From: Polaromonas sp.
Lineage (GTDB): Bacteria; Pseudomonadota; Gammaproteobacteria; Burkholderiales; Burkholderiaceae_C
Reading direction: 5' to 3'
DNA: 64,000 nt
Assembly: GCF_043778355.1 (NCBI RefSeq)
Contig: NZ_JAYWHI010000031.1
Location: 60,202-124,201, forward strand
Under the pieces are notes generated by a model. The model saw nothing but the letters and a program-made list of their open reading frames with translations, searched no databases and was not told the origin of the DNA. Both the position numbers and the translations under genes were made by a program. This document shows, piece after piece, positions 60,376 through 64,000 of the stretch; positions within the stretch are counted from its first letter, which is position 1; each line of letters opens with the position of its first letter.

Positions 60376-61811
60376 ACCTCGTCCATGAAACGTACCTTCA
60401 CGCTTTTGCCTTTGACGCCGCCATTGGCGAGCTTTTGCTGCGCCTGGTTGGCCAACGCGCGCTCCACTGCCACATAGGTCGAGAACTCGTTGACATTGAT
60501 CTTGCCGACCTGCTCGCGCGTGAAGGGGGGAATGTTGCCGGCATCCCCGGTCAAGGCGCCCAGCACGTCGCCGGCGCGGATTTTTTCCTTGCGGCCACCA
60601 ACAATCTGCAGGGTCACCATGGGCGGCAGCAGCGGCTCGTTGCTGGCAGAAGTCAGTTCGCCGAGCTTGTGCCACTCGGACTCGGCCTTCTGCAACACCT
60701 CGATTTTTCCGACGTAACCCATCTCGTCCATGCTGGCCAGGCTGATGGCCCAGCCCTCTTCATCAGCCCGGCCGGTGCGACCGATGCGGTGAATGTGCAC
60801 CTCGGCGTCCGGCGTCACGTCGACATTGATCACCATCGCGAGTTGTGCGATGTCCAGCCCGCGTGCCGCCACGTCGGTGGCCACCAGCACCGAGCAACTG
60901 CGGTTGGCAAACTGCACCAGCACCTGGTCGCGCTCACGCTGCTCAAGTTCGCCGAACAGGGCCAGCGCGCTGAAACCCTGTTCCTTCAAATAAGCCACGA
61001 GCGCACGGCACTGCGACTTGGTGTTGCAAAAGGCCAGCGTGCTGGCCGGGCGGAAGTGGCGCAACACCTGGGCGACGGCACCGAGGCGGGCTTCATCATG
61101 GTCGCTGTCGGGCACCTGGTACCAGCGCTGCTGGATTTTGGTTTTTTCATGCTGGGCCTGTACCGTGATGGTCTGCGGCGTTTTCATGAATTGCTGGCTC
61201 AGTTTGGCTATACCTTCCGGGTAGGTCGCCGAGAACAGCAGGGTCTGGCGCTCTTTCGGGCATTGTTTGGCGACGGTGACGATGTCCTCGAAAAAACCCA
61301 TGTCCAGCATGCGGTCGGCCTCGTCAAGCACCAGCGTGTTCATGGCTTCCAGCGTCAGGTGGCCGCGCGCCAGGTGGTCCATGATGCGGCCCGGCGTGCC
61401 GACCACGATGTGCGCGCCGTTTTCCAGGCTGGCGGTCTGGTTGCGCAGTGGCACACCGCCGCACAACACGACCACCTTGATGTTTTCCTCGGCGCGCGCG
61501 AGCCGGCGGATTTCAGTGGCGACCTGGTCGGCCAGTTCGCGCGTTGGGCACAGCACCATGGCCTGCACCGCAAAACGCCGCGCGTTGAGGTTGGCCAGCA
61601 GGGGAATCGCAAAGGCGGCGGTTTTGCCGCTGCCGGTTTTGGCCTGCGCGATGATGTCCTTGCCGGCCAGCGCCAGCGGCAGGCTGGCCGCCTGGATCGG
61701 CGTCATGGCGAGGTAGCCGAGGGTTTGCAGGTTGGCCTGCATCGCAGGGTTGAGCGGGAGCGAATTGAAGTCAGTGCTTGCTGCGCCGGAGGTCGAAGGG
61801 GAAGAAGTCAT
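60372..61811 (-). CDS. dbpA: ATP-dependent RNA helicase DbpA
   Basis: DEAD-box motifs plus C-terminal RNA-binding domain GGRKEKIRAGDVLGALTGD. Confidence 0.92.
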   Translation of the reverse strand: MTSSPSTSGAASTDFNSLPLNPAMQANLQTLGYLAMTPIQAASLPLALAGKDIIAQAKTGSGKTAAFAIPLLANLNARRFAVQAMVLCPTRELADQVATEIRRLARAEENIKVVVLCGGVPLRNQTASLENGAHIVVGTPGRIMDHLARGHLTLEAMNTLVLDEADRMLDMGFFEDIVTVAKQCPKERQTLLFSATYPEGIAKLSQQFMKTPQTITVQAQHEKTKIQQRWYQVPDSDHDEARLGAVAQVLRHFRPASTLAFCNTKSQCRALVAYLKEQGFSALALFGELEQRERDQVLVQFANRSCSVLVATDVAARGLDIAQLAMVINVDVTPDAEVHIHRIGRTGRADEEGWAISLASMDEMGYVGKIEVLQKAESEWHKLGELTSASNEPLLPPMVTLQIVGGRKEKIRAGDVLGALTGDAGNIPPFTREQVGKINVNEFSTYVAVERALANQAQQKLANGGVKGKSVKVRFMDEV

Positions 61812-61902
61812 GGGTCGATTATCGGCGCTGGCGCTTTTTCGCCATCCCGAGGAAGGTCAGGAGACCTTGCACGGCGCCAGCAGCACGCCATCGCCCTGTA
61901 TC

Positions 61903-61970
61903 GAAAATGCAGGTCAAATCGGCACCCAGCCCATAGCCAGCAAGCGCAAGAAGCTACTGTATTGATAGCA
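61903..61970 (-). repeat. ~65-bp dispersed repeat (TGCTAT..ATAGC family), copy 7
   Basis: Minus strand TGCTATCAATACAGTAGCTTCTTGCGCTTGCTGGCTATGGGCTGG..CCGATTTGA. Confidence 0.8.
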
Positions 61971-62083
61971 TTCAGCTCTGGCACAGAGCTCTGCAGCCAC
62001 CGCAAAAGTCGGGTCGGGCTCCCAAGCCTTAAGCTGGGAGCGCAAAACGGCGACACTTTTTGAAACCGCCTGAACCTGCTGCC

Positions 62084-62920
62084 ATGCCTGCTGACGATTT
62101 TTCCACCGCGCTCGTTTCAACCCTGGGCGCCCATGCCCTGCTGCTGTTTGCCGCGCTGCTGGCGCTGCTGCTGCCGCTGACAGCCGCGCTGTGGTGGCTG
62201 GCGCAGCGTTATGCGCTGCCGCGCGAAACCAGCCCCCTGAGCCCCGGCGTCTATCTGTTGATCCGACTCGCAGCAGGCTTTGTGGTACTGGTCGGCGGTG
62301 CAACGCTGTTTGCCGGCATCGCGGAAGAACTGGGCGACGGTGAACGCGCCGGCCAGCTCGACCAGCTGTTTTCAGACGCCGTGCGCGAGCACACCGCAGC
62401 CTGGGCCGTGCAAGCCTTTGCATGGATCACCCGGCTCGGTGACACCGCCACCCTGAGCCTGGTGTGTGTCGTGGTGGCGGCCGCGCTGCTGCTGCGCAGC
62501 CAGCGCTGGCTGGCGCTGGCCTGGTTGCTGGCGGTCGGCGGCAACGCCCTGCTCAACACCACCCTCAAGGCGGTGTTTGCCCGGACCCGGCCGCTGCACG
62601 AGGGCGGCCTGATCCAGGCCGAGGGCTGGAGTTTTCCGAGCGGACACAGCTCCGGCTCGGTTGTCCTCTACGGCATGCTCGCCTATGTGCTGATACGCAG
62701 CCTGCCGCCGGCCTTGGCCTGGCGCGCCAGCCTGCCGCTGGTGCTGCTGGCCGCCGCCATCGCCTTCAGCGTGGGCTGCAGCCGGATCTTCCTGCAGGTG
62801 CATTTCGCCACCGATGTGCTGGCCGGTTTTGCCTCAGGCGCCGCCTGGCTGGCGATTTGTGTCGCCAGCATCGAATGGGCCAGCCACACCCGTCAGTCCC
62901 GGCCCGCTACCTCAAGATAA
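62084..62920 (+). CDS. PAP2 family membrane phosphatase
   Basis: KAVFARTRP, SFPSGH, SRIFLQVHFATDV; start trimmed to ATG 62084. Confidence 0.9.
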   Translation: MPADDFSTALVSTLGAHALLLFAALLALLLPLTAALWWLAQRYALPRETSPLSPGVYLLIRLAAGFVVLVGGATLFAGIAEELGDGERAGQLDQLFSDAVREHTAAWAVQAFAWITRLGDTATLSLVCVVVAAALLLRSQRWLALAWLLAVGGNALLNTTLKAVFARTRPLHEGGLIQAEGWSFPSGHSSGSVVLYGMLAYVLIRSLPPALAWRASLPLVLLAAAIAFSVGCSRIFLQVHFATDVLAGFASGAAWLAICVASIEWASHTRQSRPATSR

Positions 62921-63873
62921 GGCGACAACTCCGCCGGACCCCAGCGCAGCGGCAACGACGCCTCGACGCGGCGCATCGACAGCACCTGCAAGCGCAGCAG
63001 GCGCTGTGCACCCTCGAACTGCTGCAGTTCATGACCGTCCCAGACCATGCTGGCTGTGACCGCCAGGTACAGCAGGTCGCCACTGTCAAAATCAATGAAC
63101 AGCAGCCCGGCACGCGGATTTACCGCGATATTTCCCAGGGTGTTGAAGAAAAAGTTGCCGGCATAGTCCGGCACGGTCAGCGTGCCATCGGCTGCCACGC
63201 GCACAAAGCCGGGGCTGCCACCACGGTGCGACACATCCACCCCGCCGGCGCGGCCGGCCTGCGCGCTGTCACCGGCATAGCCAGTCGCGATGAAAAACGT
63301 ATCGGCACACTTGATGATGCGGCGCGCCGCGTCGTCCAGTTGCGGTGACTCGTGCACAAGCGCAGTGGCGTCGGCGCGGTCGTTCACATACACCGGCTCA
63401 CGCGCCTGGATGTATTTGGGGCAGTTGCCAAAACTCTGGCTGACTTCCACCGAAAACTCAAACGCAAAGACTTGACGCAGCACGCCATTCATTCGGATGC
63501 GCCGCCGTGTCTGCGGCTCCAAACCCAACAAGCCGATGGGCGCGCCATCGGTCAAGCTGTCATTTAAGGGATCGCCTTGCAGCGGCTGCGCCCGCACCAC
63601 CAGGTGCTGCGGGTCCGGCGACGCGATAAATCCTGGTGGATTCGCCAGGACGGAAGCCCAGGGCTGGCCCCGCGCATCAACCGTTCCGGCGATTAAGAAG
63701 GGTAATTGGCTGAAAAATTCACGATGCTGCTCGGACATCAAGTCCCGAATCGCATTGCGTCCCACTGCCGCCAATTGCTCTTGCACGCCAAACCGCTCTT
63801 GCACAGCGCGTTCGCCTTCATGAAACACTTGTGCGTCTGCTGATTCGTCTCGCGATAAGGGCATGGGCGCCAT
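62893..63873 (-). CDS. Pyridoxamine 5'-phosphate oxidase-family FMN-binding protein (tandem split barrel)
   Basis: FHEGE, RRRIRMNG, FGNCPKYIQAR, DVSHRGG, PDYAGN..FNTLGN. Confidence 0.85.
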   Translation of the reverse strand: MAPMPLSRDESADAQVFHEGERAVQERFGVQEQLAAVGRNAIRDLMSEQHREFFSQLPFLIAGTVDARGQPWASVLANPPGFIASPDPQHLVVRAQPLQGDPLNDSLTDGAPIGLLGLEPQTRRRIRMNGVLRQVFAFEFSVEVSQSFGNCPKYIQAREPVYVNDRADATALVHESPQLDDAARRIIKCADTFFIATGYAGDSAQAGRAGGVDVSHRGGSPGFVRVAADGTLTVPDYAGNFFFNTLGNIAVNPRAGLLFIDFDSGDLLYLAVTASMVWDGHELQQFEGAQRLLRLQVLSMRRVEASLPLRWGPAELSPYLEVAGRD

Positions 63874-63874
63874 C

Positions 63875-64000
63875 TCAGTACCCCGCCGCTGCCGGCGTCA
63901 GATGGCGGGTCAGCGCCCAGAACAAGAGAGCCAGTGTACTGATCGCTGCGCCCACCAGGCAGACGCCGTTCCAGCCGGCTAGTGCATAAACAAGCGTCGA
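63875..64000 (-). CDS. MFS transporter, C-terminal fragment (runs off the window)
   Basis: ..STLVYALAGWNGVCLVGAAISTLALLFWALTRH..* typical last MFS helices. Confidence 0.6.
   Translation of the reverse strand, partial: STLVYALAGWNGVCLVGAAISTLALLFWALTRHLTPAAAGY

Noticed and set aside
50825-61811. Two DEAD-box helicases within 11 kb as a special RNA-processing locus
   Set aside because: RhlE-like and DbpA helicases are ordinary multi-copy housekeeping genes, unlinked in operon terms
62893-62920. 28-bp convergent overlap of PAP2 and PNPOx-family genes
   Set aside because: Short 3' overlaps of convergent genes are common and not informative

Overview
High-GC betaproteobacterial chromosome segment. 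The gene content and dispersed repeat families suggest Comamonadaceae (Polaromonas/Rhodoferax-like), which is an inference. About 55 CDS; no rRNA, tRNA, CRISPR array or transposase/integrase seen. Main blocks: (1) coaX and a peptide/amide catabolic operon (family-5 ABC transporter, MlrC-like M81 peptidase, amidase); (2) an alpha-hydroxyketone (CAI-1/LAI-1 type) quorum-sensing cassette, cqsS/lqsS-lqsR-cqsA/lqsA. It sits next to a LuxR-family protein lacking canonical AHL-binding residues, and two related lux-box-like palindromes lie at luxR and upstream of the synthase; (3) M20 peptidase, persulfide dioxygenase-rhodanese fusion, TRAP transporter, ppk2-icmF behind a perfect 24-bp LiuR-like palindrome; (4) gcdR-gcdH-CoA transferase converging on a nicotinate catabolic cluster (NicAB-like dehydrogenase, ABC transporter, two DUF1185 proteins, UPF0280/ApbE-like protein, 6-hydroxynicotinate reductase, an internally deleted fdxA remnant, fpr, TetR, enamidase); (5) two DEAD-box helicases, a Liv-type ABC transporter, SDRs and small proteins. 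Intergenic DNA holds several short palindromic repeat families, and one is inserted in-frame as a ~55-aa tandem peptide inside the NicB-like molybdoenzyme. Start codons were trimmed by eye where the ORF track over-extends; family calls come from motif recognition, not database searches.
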